Source of the DNA: Spirochaetota bacterium
GTDB lineage: Bacteria; Spirochaetota; UBA6919; CBDBPB01
Length of the DNA: 64,000 nt
Direction: 5' to 3'
Assembly: GCA_965208615.1 (NCBI GenBank)
Contig: CBDBPB010000007.1
Location: forward strand, 352,001-416,000
The notes below the pieces were generated by a model, which was not told the origin of the DNA, made no database searches, and worked only from the letters and a program-made list of their open reading frames with translations. Made by a program: the position numbers and the translations under genes. The stretch's first letter is position 1; every line of letters begins with the position of its first letter. Shown in pieces: positions 50,602 to 60,526 of the stretch.

Positions 50602-51018
50602 CCGCTTGACCTCCAACAAAGTTAGGTAATATTTATAAAATATTATATTTTAAACAAGTTTATAAAAATATAACACCCCATCCTATTAGTTGACTAACTT
50701 TTATCTATAATTAAAAGTTTAATTTCTATAACATATTAAGCTTTTAATCCTTTATGTAAGGCAACTAATTTAGCTATGATTGGTATTAAATTATATAATT
50801 TTGTTTATTAGGTCAAACAATTTTTTTTATTTCTAAATAGTTAGCTTTTTTTATAAATCATTTAATGAACTTTTATATATCTTTTTAACTTGTATATCTA
50901 AAGTTAAGCCTTTATTATAAAACTTATTGACAATTAAAAAAATCATAGGTATTTTAGCATAATATCGATAATATTAATTTATAATTATAACTATTTTAAG
51001 ATTCTAACATAGAACATT

Positions 51019-51492
51019 ATGAAAAGCAATAAATTAGAATATTTTTATCCTATACTACTAATGATTTTTACATTAATTTTTTTATACTTCTTTATTTTTG
51101 GTGATAATGGTTATTATGCTCATAAAAAAAAGTTAAATGACTTATATAATTTAAAAAAAGCTAATAAGAAGCTTTACTCTAAAATATCTTATTATAAAAA
51201 AAGAATAAAAAATCTAAAGAGAATGAATATGACTACCCTGGAAGAAGAAGCTAGACAAATCCCACTTAAAAAAAAGGGAGAGTATATTGTTAAACTTTAT
51301 GACAAAGAATGGATAAAAAACCTTGTACTATCTTATGAAAGGCAGATGAATAAAGAATTAAGAACCTCTAAGGAGCTAAATAGCTTTACTTTTAAGTATA
51401 AGATGATATTTGTATTATCAATTAGTTTACTTTTGGCATTTATTTTAACATTTATATTGCCCAAAATAGCACTTTATAGAAAGCATATCTAA
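51019..51492 (+). CDS. Septum formation initiator (FtsB/DivIC-like) with extra C-terminal TM
   Basis: TM, FGDNGY, coiled coil, LEEEARQ..LKKKGE. Confidence 0.75.
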   Translation: MKSNKLEYFYPILLMIFTLIFLYFFIFGDNGYYAHKKKLNDLYNLKKANKKLYSKISYYKKRIKNLKRMNMTTLEEEARQIPLKKKGEYIVKLYDKEWIKNLVLSYERQMNKELRTSKELNSFTFKYKMIFVLSISLLLAFILTFILPKIALYRKHI

Positions 51493-51496
51493 ATAA

Positions 51497-52504
51497 TCAA
51501 TATTTTAAATATTCTGGTACATTAATGTTAAGTAAGTTATATACTTTTATAATTGCCCTTTTAGTTACTTTTATTAAGAGTTTAGCTATATATAGCTTGC
51601 TTATTAGTGGATATAACTTTGAGTATAATTTCCAGTGAAAAGGTCTACGATAATAGCTAGTATATTTTTTTGTTAACTTTTTATCAGTAAATGGTTTATC
51701 AGGTAGGTAAAAAGGTTCAGATATTTTATAGTTAAGATCATTTACCAAAATAGTAGACTTAGGATTAAGTCCATGAGTACCATCATTATCAAAGCCAATA
51801 CTATTTACAAGAGACTTAATAGGACATAGACAAAGACCATTTTCTATGTGTTGAAAGTAAAAAAAAATAGTAGCCCAACTGTCGACTACTTTGCCTTCAA
51901 TTACGTTTTTAAATAAGGTACCCCAAAAAGGTAGTTTAAGTACTTTTTTAATTTTCTTTAGGTCTACAATATCACTAAAGTTAGATTCGAAGTCAGCTTT
52001 TTCCCATCTGTCTTTCCAGGTAGCAAATCCCCAACATATCATAATAGGGTTAAAATATACTTTTTCTTTATTATAGTGTTTAGGAATAGGAAAAGCACAG
52101 GGGGGTGGGCTATAACCACTTATAGAAAAGACATTTTTGGTATTTTCATATTTATTTAGTGCACTATTTATGTATTCCAAAAAATATGGATGGGTTAGTA
52201 CATCATCCTCTACAACTATAAAGCGATCATAGTGTTTTAAGATATCTTTTACTCCATTACAGTAGTTTTTAGATAATCCAAAGTTTTTAGTCCGTTCTAT
52301 TATGGTTATTGACTTAAACCCCTTAATAGTTTTTATATATTTTCTTACATTATCTACTTTTTCTTTATCTTCATTTGTTTTAGGGCAGTCAGAGTATATA
52401 AATACATCACTTTTGTCAGCAAGTTTACTTTTTAGTAAGGCTTCTATAACAAGTTTAGTTGCTTTTGGTCTTCTAAATACAAATATTATAATAGGTGCAA
52501 GCAT
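51497..52504 (-). CDS. Glycosyltransferase (GT-A fold)
   Basis: APIIIFVFRRP, NFGLS, IVVEDD and WGFATWKDRW motifs. Confidence 0.88.
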   Translation of the reverse strand: MLAPIIIFVFRRPKATKLVIEALLKSKLADKSDVFIYSDCPKTNEDKEKVDNVRKYIKTIKGFKSITIIERTKNFGLSKNYCNGVKDILKHYDRFIVVEDDVLTHPYFLEYINSALNKYENTKNVFSISGYSPPPCAFPIPKHYNKEKVYFNPIMICWGFATWKDRWEKADFESNFSDIVDLKKIKKVLKLPFWGTLFKNVIEGKVVDSWATIFFYFQHIENGLCLCPIKSLVNSIGFDNDGTHGLNPKSTILVNDLNYKISEPFYLPDKPFTDKKLTKKYTSYYRRPFHWKLYSKLYPLISKLYIAKLLIKVTKRAIIKVYNLLNINVPEYLKY

Positions 52505-52574
52505 ATTACCCCTCGAATTAATTGTTAAGTAAAATAATATTGTAAAATTATAGAAAAGTCAATGTTATAGTAGG

Positions 52575-53756
52575 TTATTTAAAAGAGCCTATAGATTTTT
52601 TATTTTTAAATGACTGCCAATGCTTTATAGTTTTTTTCAATGTTTTTAGTTGGGTTTTTTCGTTACCATAAAAAGAAATACATACTTTTTTTTGATCTTT
52701 TTTATGTGTTTTAAGTATTTCTACAATCTCTCCATTAAGATTTATGTTGATTGTTTTTTTAGCAAGTTGAAAAATAATATTAAAAATAAGCTTAGAACCT
52801 ACATACAATCTCTCATCCAATTTCTTGTTTGTTAAAAAGAACTTTAATCCTCCAAGACCAATATCTAAAATCTCTTGCTCCATATCAAAGTTTATTAATG
52901 TTTGTATTTGTTGCATTTTTTGCATGATCTCATAACTAACAAAGTTTAAATGAGCTACAGTACTAATAATATCAATGGGATCATTAGGGGAGTATACTTT
53001 TATATATCCTAAAGGTATATCCTTACTCTCCCTTCTATACATAACAGGGTATATCAATATTGAGTTAATTTTTTCCTGACTAAAATAGTGCATTTGTTTT
53101 TCTAGGTTGGTACCCAATAATATACCATAATTAATTAAGTTTTCATTATCAAAGAAATAACTCTCTTTCTCTCTAGTATACTTTAAATATAAAAGCTTTT
53201 TTTTAGAGAATACTATGTCGAGTAGTTTATCCTCTTTTAGAGAGTCTGCATCAAAGCATCCCGCGCTAATATTACTATAAAAAGGGGATAGGATTCTTTC
53301 ATAGTCAATAAATATATTCTTTACAGAAATAGGTATGCTATGGGGATCAAAAATATAGTTTTCTAGTCCTGATAGTTGTTGTACGCCAGATATAATAACT
53401 TCTTTATTATTTACCGTATACCTAGTTTGATCTCTTGTAGAAGAGGCAATACTGGCATTTATAGGCTCAACAATATGACGTCCTATTGCAATGTTATCAA
53501 TATACTTGAACTTAATTTCTATATGCTTTTCTGCTATGGCATATAAAGTTAATGACTTTTCTATTAAATAGTCAAATGGTAAAAATACTTTAAGGTTATC
53601 ATTATAAACATGTTGTATATTAACGTGTACCTTACGTGGATAGCCTTTTAAGTATAATTTTTTATTATTAAGGAATTTATTTATTATATAGATTACCCGT
53701 TTTTTTCCGGTAATCGAAAGTCTTTTTCGTTTATTTTTATTTATGATATTAGTCAT
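52575..53756 (-). CDS. PilZ-domain protein (DUF1577-like)
   Basis: RDQTR and DIGLGG motifs; same architecture as 24575-25810. Confidence 0.65.
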   Translation of the reverse strand: MTNIINKNKRKRLSITGKKRVIYIINKFLNNKKLYLKGYPRKVHVNIQHVYNDNLKVFLPFDYLIEKSLTLYAIAEKHIEIKFKYIDNIAIGRHIVEPINASIASSTRDQTRYTVNNKEVIISGVQQLSGLENYIFDPHSIPISVKNIFIDYERILSPFYSNISAGCFDADSLKEDKLLDIVFSKKKLLYLKYTREKESYFFDNENLINYGILLGTNLEKQMHYFSQEKINSILIYPVMYRRESKDIPLGYIKVYSPNDPIDIISTVAHLNFVSYEIMQKMQQIQTLINFDMEQEILDIGLGGLKFFLTNKKLDERLYVGSKLIFNIIFQLAKKTININLNGEIVEILKTHKKDQKKVCISFYGNEKTQLKTLKKTIKHWQSFKNKKSIGSFK

Positions 53757-53780
53757 AGTTACTCCTGAACAACTAAATTA

Positions 53781-54779
53781 CTATTTATTTTTACATTTAT
53801 AATTAGATGTAGTTTTAGAGAGTCTGGAAAGAGATGCTAAAATACGTTTAGCCTCTCTAACAGGTTTAGCAGGAAAACCAAGGACTAACTCATCACTTTT
53901 AATAGATTTAGTTACAGTACTTTTTGCCATGACTAAAACTCTATCTCCTATAGTAATATGATCAACAATTCCAGCTTGTCCTGCAATGGTAACGTCATTA
54001 CCCAAATGAGAACTACCTGCTATTCCGGCTTGTCCTGCTATATAGCAGTTTTTGCCAATAGAACAGTTATGTGCAATCTGGACTAAATTATCTATTTTTG
54101 TTCCTGAGCCAATAAATGTTTTTCCAATAGTAGCCCTATCTATGGATGTATTAGAACCTATTTCTACATTGTCATCTAACTCTACAATACCTAAATGAGG
54201 TATTTTATATCTTTTATTATCTGTATCATAATAAGCAAATCCATCAGAGCCAATAACCGCTCCAGAATGAATAATGTTATTCTTACCAATAATGCATTCT
54301 CTTTCTATGACCACGTTTGCATGGATAGTAGTTTTTTCTTTTATGTGAACCCCTTTACCAATAAAACAATGGGGGTATATTATAACATCATCATCAATAA
54401 TAGCATTGTCCATAATAGTAGAGTAAGCCATAATAGTAACGTTCTTACCAAGACTAACATTACTATCTATTATGGCAGTTGGATGTACTTCTTTATCAAA
54501 GTCAACTTTTTTTTTAAAGTAGTCTAGTATTTTAATAAAGGCTAGTTTGCCATCCCTTACCCTAACAATATTCTTATTTATAAAATTATAATCAATATCA
54601 CTAGATAATAGTAATGCAGAGGCTGGAGAATTAATAACAGTGGATAAATAGCTTTTATTCTCTATATATACTATAGTGTTTTTTTTAGGCTCTTGTGGGG
54701 ATGATATACCATAGATATTTGTATTTTCATTTCCAAATAGTTTACCATTAACCAAATGTGCTATTTCTTTTAGAGTCAT
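53781..54779 (-). CDS. lpxD: UDP-3-O-acylglucosamine N-acyltransferase
   Basis: Hexapeptide repeats; IGSDGF, IDRAT and KIDNLVQIAHN motifs. Confidence 0.95.
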   Translation of the reverse strand: MTLKEIAHLVNGKLFGNENTNIYGISSPQEPKKNTIVYIENKSYLSTVINSPASALLLSSDIDYNFINKNIVRVRDGKLAFIKILDYFKKKVDFDKEVHPTAIIDSNVSLGKNVTIMAYSTIMDNAIIDDDVIIYPHCFIGKGVHIKEKTTIHANVVIERECIIGKNNIIHSGAVIGSDGFAYYDTDNKRYKIPHLGIVELDDNVEIGSNTSIDRATIGKTFIGSGTKIDNLVQIAHNCSIGKNCYIAGQAGIAGSSHLGNDVTIAGQAGIVDHITIGDRVLVMAKSTVTKSIKSDELVLGFPAKPVREAKRILASLSRLSKTTSNYKCKNK

Positions 54780-55837
54780 TGTTTGCCGACTTCTCCTTTT
54801 ACAATCTTTTGTATAACCTTAGGTATACCTCCTAATATTTCGATATTAAATAGTGTTTTTAATTTGGGATAGGTTGATATATAACTTTTTATTTGTTTAA
54901 CTTCGTCTACCTCGCCATAGTATGTTAATACATAGCTTTTTAGCCACATGGCAAAAGGTTCTACTAGGTTTATGTTTTTTATATTAGGGTTTAATATTTT
55001 TAGTATAATTTTACTATATTCATAGGCAAAAACACCTATAGCCCTCTCTTTTGTGATACCTTTGTAATAAATAATAAGTTTTTCATTGACTGAGTAGCCA
55101 AGACTATTATGATTATTATAATGCGGATTTAACATATTGAAGTCTAATTCTTTAGTTTGACAATTGTAGTGATTTTTAATGGCAAACTGTTTATTAATAA
55201 ATGCCGTAACCATATTATTTAAATTGCGTGCATCATTAGGGGTAATAGTTCTTTTACTGCACGACTTACAAATAATATTTTGTCCTATTTCAAAGTATTC
55301 TTTTTCTGGTATGGGTATCTTACAAACCGTACAGGTTTTTGCGTTATTATAACAATTCTTACAATATGTTCCTTTAATATACTTTATTCTGTATGCCTCT
55401 TTGGCAGTAATATGAGTTTTACAGCAGTCACACATTTTATTCACTTTGCAAAGACTGCAATATAAGCTTTTTAGTTTAGGGCCAACTTGTTTTGCAGGCA
55501 TACCGCAGTTATCGCAGGTAAAAAGACTTTGATAGCATCCAAAGCAATATATAATATCTTTTATATAAGAGTAAAAGCTAAAGTATTTACCCTTAATCTT
55601 ACCCCCACAGCTGTGGCAGATTTTTAGAAACTCTTTATTTTGTTTAAATACAAAGTCAATAACCCTAATCTTTTCATCAGTATTAAGTATTTCTTTATCA
55701 CCAATAGAGTTAATAAGATCATTGGAGGTATTTATATTAGTATTAAAAAGCTTATTATCTTTATTTTTTTGTTCTTTTTTTAAAGGTTTGCTAATTTTTT
55801 TAAACTTAAATGGTCTAACTTCTTTTTTCTTATCCAT
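54776..55837 (-). CDS. Cys-rich LIM-like zinc-finger protein with degenerate DA1-like peptidase domain
   Basis: Eight CxxC pairs followed by GVFAYEYSK...VEPFAMWL. Confidence 0.6.
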   Translation of the reverse strand: MDKKKEVRPFKFKKISKPLKKEQKNKDNKLFNTNINTSNDLINSIGDKEILNTDEKIRVIDFVFKQNKEFLKICHSCGGKIKGKYFSFYSYIKDIIYCFGCYQSLFTCDNCGMPAKQVGPKLKSLYCSLCKVNKMCDCCKTHITAKEAYRIKYIKGTYCKNCYNNAKTCTVCKIPIPEKEYFEIGQNIICKSCSKRTITPNDARNLNNMVTAFINKQFAIKNHYNCQTKELDFNMLNPHYNNHNSLGYSVNEKLIIYYKGITKERAIGVFAYEYSKIILKILNPNIKNINLVEPFAMWLKSYVLTYYGEVDEVKQIKSYISTYPKLKTLFNIEILGGIPKVIQKIVKGEVGKQ

Positions 55838-56171
55838 AATGGATATACTATTACAAATTTACTATTTTATCAAGTATTAATATTATAGTATAAAGCTATA
55901 TTACCCCTTATTGCGGCATATACTAATATTTTTTTTTACGTTGTTAGGGTGGGGGTAGATATATGTTATAAAATATCGGTTTATTTTTTAAATTTAATTT
56001 AATTTTGTATTAAAAAAAGTTTTTTTGTTATGGATAAGAGCTATGCTAAAGTCGATGGTATAAAGTAACGAATATTGTTATATTTTTTAACATAAAAAAA
56101 ATAACTTTAGTTAAAATAGTTTTTATTATTTTTGTCAAGATTTGCTAACAATATTATTTGCGGATAAACAA

Positions 56172-56843
56172 ATGAAAAGAATATTAATAGTTATATTAAT
56201 TTTGTTATCTTTAGTTAGTTATGCTAAGCACTTAAAGCTTTCATCGAAAAAGGATATTGAATATTATTTTAAAAAAGGGAAGTCAGCATTAAAGAAAACT
56301 AGGTTTAGCGAGGCTATTAATTATTTTTCACAAGCAATTGAGCTTAATAGTAGTTATAGCCAATGTTATTATTATAGGGGTCAGGCTTTTCTTTTTACAA
56401 AGAGCTATTATAATGCGGTTAAAGACTTTAGTCAATTTATTAATAGAAATCCTAATAGTGCAAGGGCTTACTATAGTAGAGGGTTAGCTAATTTTTATGC
56501 TAAAGAGTATAAACAAGCCATAAGCGATATGACAAAAGTAAAAAAGTTAAAACCAACTCTTATTAACATTCATAATATTAGGGGTCAGTCACTTCTTAGG
56601 CTAAAGCAATATAAATACGCTATAATAGATTTTAGGGTATTTATTAATTATTATCCCCTAAGCTATGCCCCTGTATACCTTCATTTATCTACAGCCTATA
56701 AAAACATTGGTGATACTAAAAATGCCATAATATCCTTAAAGAACTACCTTAAACTTAGCAAGAACGAAAGGATAAGAGAGTTAGTTAAGAAACAGCTAAA
56801 AGAACTTTCATCTAAGGTTAGAAAGTCCTCAATAAGAAAATAA
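56172..56843 (+). CDS. Exported TPR protein
   Basis: Signal peptide from ATG 56172; YYxRG...AIxDF TPR repeats. Confidence 0.85.
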   Translation: MKRILIVILILLSLVSYAKHLKLSSKKDIEYYFKKGKSALKKTRFSEAINYFSQAIELNSSYSQCYYYRGQAFLFTKSYYNAVKDFSQFINRNPNSARAYYSRGLANFYAKEYKQAISDMTKVKKLKPTLINIHNIRGQSLLRLKQYKYAIIDFRVFINYYPLSYAPVYLHLSTAYKNIGDTKNAIISLKNYLKLSKNERIRELVKKQLKELSSKVRKSSIRK

Positions 56844-56931
56844 CCCCTATAAATTACAAACACATGTCTATATGTCTTTACATGGCATCGGCTAACTTAT
56901 GGTTATTTAAGAAGAAATTTATGTTCTAAAT

Positions 56932-56959
56932 TAAAGTAGCCATTTTTTATAGCCGATAT
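56932..56959 (+). promoter_or_regulatory. sigma28 (FliA) promoter of flagellin
   Basis: TAAA-N16-GCCGATAT upstream of flaB. Confidence 0.75.
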
Positions 56960-57260
56960 TGTATTTAGAAAAAAATAAGTACATCTAAAAAACAATAAAA
57001 CACTTCTTTATAAGATCCAAAGGAGGAGCGCACATTGGGTATTTATAATAGAGTTAAATGTTGCCCTAAAACCATTAGAAAGCTTCTATTTATTATAATC
57101 CATCTAACAAAGCTAAGAAGGTTTATCTTGAGGAACAATACAATATGCTTTTTTAAGGCATATTTTACTGTTGCTTAAGCCAGAACAGTTACGTAGAAAT
57201 AGGTCGTTTATTTTCTTCTTGGCTGACATAACATTAACTTATGGCTAAAAGCAGCAAATA

Positions 57261-57302
57261 CAGAAGGATCTGGATGAAAACTAAATCATGGAGGGTGATT
57301 TA
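57261..57302 (+). promoter_or_regulatory. Two CsrA-type GGA-loop hairpins at the flagellin RBS
   Basis: CAGA-AGGA-TCTG and TAAATCA-TGGAGGG-TGATTTA; the second contains the SD. Confidence 0.7.
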
Positions 57303-58333
57303 TGATTATCAATCATAACTTAAGTGCTATGTTTGCCGAGAGACAGTTTAAAATTAACTCTTCTAATCAACAAAAAAATATAGAAAAGCTGTCTAGCGGT
57401 TTACAGATTAACCGCGCAGGTGATAATGCGGCGGGATTGGCAGTATCAGAAAAAATGAGGGCACAAATTAGGGGTTTAAATCAGGCTAGTAGGAATGCTC
57501 AGGATGGTATTTCAATGATACAAACTGCTGAAGGTTGGCTTCACGAAACTCAGTCAATTTTACAAAGAATGCGAGAGCTTGCTGTTCAGGCGGCAACTGG
57601 AACCTATACTTATGAAGATAGGGTTCAGATTAATACAGAGATCTTGCAGCTTGTTGACGAAATTGATAGAATTGCTTCTCAGGCAGAGTTTAATACTTTA
57701 AGACTCTTAAGAGGAGGCTTTAGAAGGGAACCGGTTTCAGCGGAATTTGATAAACTAATCGATCCCACTAGGCAATACGATCCAGTTAAGGCAAATTCTA
57801 ACCCTAATCCACCAATAAGGCCAATTGAGCCTTATACTGATGACCCTACTCCTCATGTTCCTTTAGTGAGGTCGGCAGAAAACTTTAATAAAGAGCCGTT
57901 TGGTGGTGTTTTTATTCATGTTGGTCCTAACTCGGATCAGCGTGAAAGGTTCTTTATAGAAAACCTATCTGCATATTCTTTAGGTTTAGCGGATGGAACT
58001 CCTACAGTTGATGCACATGATAGGAAGGTTCATGTTAATTTTCTGTCGCAAGATGGTGCTAATACTGCCATTGCTAATATTGATTCTGCAATGTTTAAAG
58101 TTGCAAGGCAAAGGGCTGATCTTGGAGCATATCAAAATCGACTTGAACACACAATTAGAGCCGTAGACAATACTGCTGAGAATTTACAAGCTGCTGAATC
58201 TCAAATAAGAGATACTAATATGGCTAATGAGATGGTTGACTTTGTTAAGAATCAGATATTATCTCAAAGTTCTGCCTCATTATTAGCACAGGCTAATATG
58301 CAGCCACAAGCCGTATTAAGGGTATTGGGCTAA
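57302..58333 (+). CDS. flaB: Flagellin (spirochaete FlaB-type)
   Basis: MIINHNLSAM...EKLSSG.INRAGD.AAGLAVSEKMR...QRADLGAYQNRLEH...LAQAN. Confidence 0.96.
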   Translation: MIINHNLSAMFAERQFKINSSNQQKNIEKLSSGLQINRAGDNAAGLAVSEKMRAQIRGLNQASRNAQDGISMIQTAEGWLHETQSILQRMRELAVQAATGTYTYEDRVQINTEILQLVDEIDRIASQAEFNTLRLLRGGFRREPVSAEFDKLIDPTRQYDPVKANSNPNPPIRPIEPYTDDPTPHVPLVRSAENFNKEPFGGVFIHVGPNSDQRERFFIENLSAYSLGLADGTPTVDAHDRKVHVNFLSQDGANTAIANIDSAMFKVARQRADLGAYQNRLEHTIRAVDNTAENLQAAESQIRDTNMANEMVDFVKNQILSQSSASLLAQANMQPQAVLRVLG

Positions 58334-58416
58334 ACAGAGGATTCGTATACCAGTAAATAGAATAACGACCTTTCTATTATTATATGGATGATGGTATATG
58401 GATTTCAATTTTAAAA

Positions 58417-58456
58417 AGCTGATCTACTAAGAAAGGTAGATCGGCTATATTTTTTT
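58417..58456 (+). terminator. Rho-independent terminator after flaB
   Basis: AGCTGATCTAC...GTAGATCGGCT followed by a T-tract. Confidence 0.75.
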
Positions 58457-58827
58457 ATATGGTCATGTTCTTTATTCAGCTATCTATTATGAATATTATT
58501 TTTAATCTATCTCCACATCATATTCTTACTAATTATTTCAATAAAATAATAGTTTTTCTTTCATAACTAAGTTATCATAAAACGTCATTTTAAATGTTTA
58601 CCTATACAAAAAAGTATCTATATATTAAAATACCCTTACCATTCCAATATCAAAAACTTAATAACAACAAATATAAAAATAATATGATGGCTTAGAAGTA
58701 TTTTACAGTAATTCACTAAAATGACTTATAACAATTTATAGCTATTTTATTATTTTTTTAAAGTAAAGAATAAAATACTGTTAGTATTCAAAGTAATATT
58801 TTGCCAGTTTGTCATTGAGGTAAAATC

Positions 58828-59511
58828 ATGGATCAGACAGATAATATAAAAACATTAGTTGATATGATTAGTAATTCAGAAAGAGATGAGGCCAGTATTT
58901 TTGTTGACAAGTGGATAAGCTCTTATGGAGTTAATGGGCTACTTGTAAACCTTTTAGAACCGACATTAAGGTTAATAGGCAATATGTGGAGTGCTCAAGA
59001 GTTTTCTTTGGCTCAAATATATATAGCTTCAAAGATATCAGAAGACTCATTACAAAAGTATACTAGCTCTAAAGAAGCAAATAAAAAAGATATTTTTACG
59101 AAAGGTCCTGTAGTTATTGGGAATATTGAAGATGATTATCATCCACTGGGTAGAAAGATAGTTACTACAATTTTACAGGCTAATATGTGGAAAGTCTATG
59201 ATCTTGGTATTGATGTTGAGGCAAAAAGCTTTGTAGATACCGCTATTGAAGTTGAAGCTAAGATAATAGGTACTTCTGCTATGATATATACCACAGCTGA
59301 GAATATTTTAACTGTGAGAGAAGAAATTGATAAACGGGGTTATAGTGGTAAAATACAACTGGCAGTAGGAGGAGCTGTTTTTCGTCTTACTCCTAATTTA
59401 TATAAGGAACTTGGTGGTGATGGGACTGCTAATAATGCTATAGATGTCCCTGAACTATTTAACAACTTATTAGATAAAGCAAACAATTTTACAGGAGTCC
59501 CAAATGAATAG
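58828..59511 (+). CDS. Cobalamin-binding corrinoid protein (MtaC/MtbC-like)
   Basis: Cap domain; GNIEDDYHPLG (DxHxxG), DLGIDV, TSAM and VGGA motifs. Confidence 0.92.
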   Translation: MDQTDNIKTLVDMISNSERDEASIFVDKWISSYGVNGLLVNLLEPTLRLIGNMWSAQEFSLAQIYIASKISEDSLQKYTSSKEANKKDIFTKGPVVIGNIEDDYHPLGRKIVTTILQANMWKVYDLGIDVEAKSFVDTAIEVEAKIIGTSAMIYTTAENILTVREEIDKRGYSGKIQLAVGGAVFRLTPNLYKELGGDGTANNAIDVPELFNNLLDKANNFTGVPNE

Positions 59512-60523
59512 TAAAGAAAGAGTTTTTGCAACAGTCATGGGTAAACCAGTAGATAGACCACCGTTCACTGCATTACTTAGCCTTTATGGTGCAAAACTAA
59601 TAGGAGCTCCTTTAAAAGAGTATTATAATAATCCGAATTTATATGTAGAGGGTCAGTCTGCTGTAAGAAGTATATTTAAGCCAGATATACTTTTTGCACC
59701 GTTTTTAATGGTATTTTTAGCTGAGGCTTTTGGTGGTAAAGTAAAGTATTTTGATAATAGTCCTCCTAATCTTTTGCATCCTTCTAATAGTTCTGTAGAG
59801 GAGTTTTTATCTATGGACTTTCCACAAGTTGACTTAAACCCAAAGATATTATATATTCGGGAGTCAATTAGAAAAATGCACTCTCTATATTCTAGTGATA
59901 CTGCAATAGCAGTTGCTATGCTAAGCCCTATAGAAATACCTTTTATGATATTTGGTATTGACAAGTGGATGGAGATCATTCTTTTTGATAAAGCTGGTGT
60001 AAAAAAAGTATTAGATAAGACTATTACCTTTTTTATAGACTTGGCAAATGCTTTATTTAAAGATGGGGCAGATTTTGTAGCATTACCGTCTCCACTATTG
60101 GTAAGAGAAATAACAACTAACGATCTTATAAAAGATGTGGCAAACCCAATTTATAAAGAGTCTTTTTCAAAGCTTAATGGGCCAGTTGTAATACACCATG
60201 TGGGTGGGACAATTGTTAACTCCATAAATCTATTTACTGGGCTAGCCAATATGTTGGGTGTAGTTATAGACCATAAAGAAAGTTTACCACTAGCAAGAGA
60301 TGTACTTGGCCCAAATGTTGTTTTATTAGGAGGACCTGATGGACCTAATATTCACCGTTATAACAAAGAGCAAGTAATATTTAAGTGTAAGGATATATTA
60401 AACGATCGTATAAACGATTCAAAGTTCATATTAGCTACTACAGGTGCGGATGTTGCCATTAAAACGCCAGAAGACAATATCCATGCAATGAGGGAGGCGG
60501 TAGAGTTATTTAGGGGTAATTAA
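59504..60523 (+). CDS. Uroporphyrinogen decarboxylase/MtaA-family TIM-barrel protein
   Basis: MNSKERV..GKPVDRPP, AEAFGG, FILATTGADV..KTPEDNIHAM. Confidence 0.85.
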   Translation: MNSKERVFATVMGKPVDRPPFTALLSLYGAKLIGAPLKEYYNNPNLYVEGQSAVRSIFKPDILFAPFLMVFLAEAFGGKVKYFDNSPPNLLHPSNSSVEEFLSMDFPQVDLNPKILYIRESIRKMHSLYSSDTAIAVAMLSPIEIPFMIFGIDKWMEIILFDKAGVKKVLDKTITFFIDLANALFKDGADFVALPSPLLVREITTNDLIKDVANPIYKESFSKLNGPVVIHHVGGTIVNSINLFTGLANMLGVVIDHKESLPLARDVLGPNVVLLGGPDGPNIHRYNKEQVIFKCKDILNDRINDSKFILATTGADVAIKTPEDNIHAMREAVELFRGN

Positions 60524-60526
60524 ATT

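Noticed and set aside
40985-56910. Additional sigma28-like -10 boxes on the minus strand (about 40990, 55975, 56890)
   Set aside because: The -35 match or spacing is poor, and such matches are expected by chance at this AT content.
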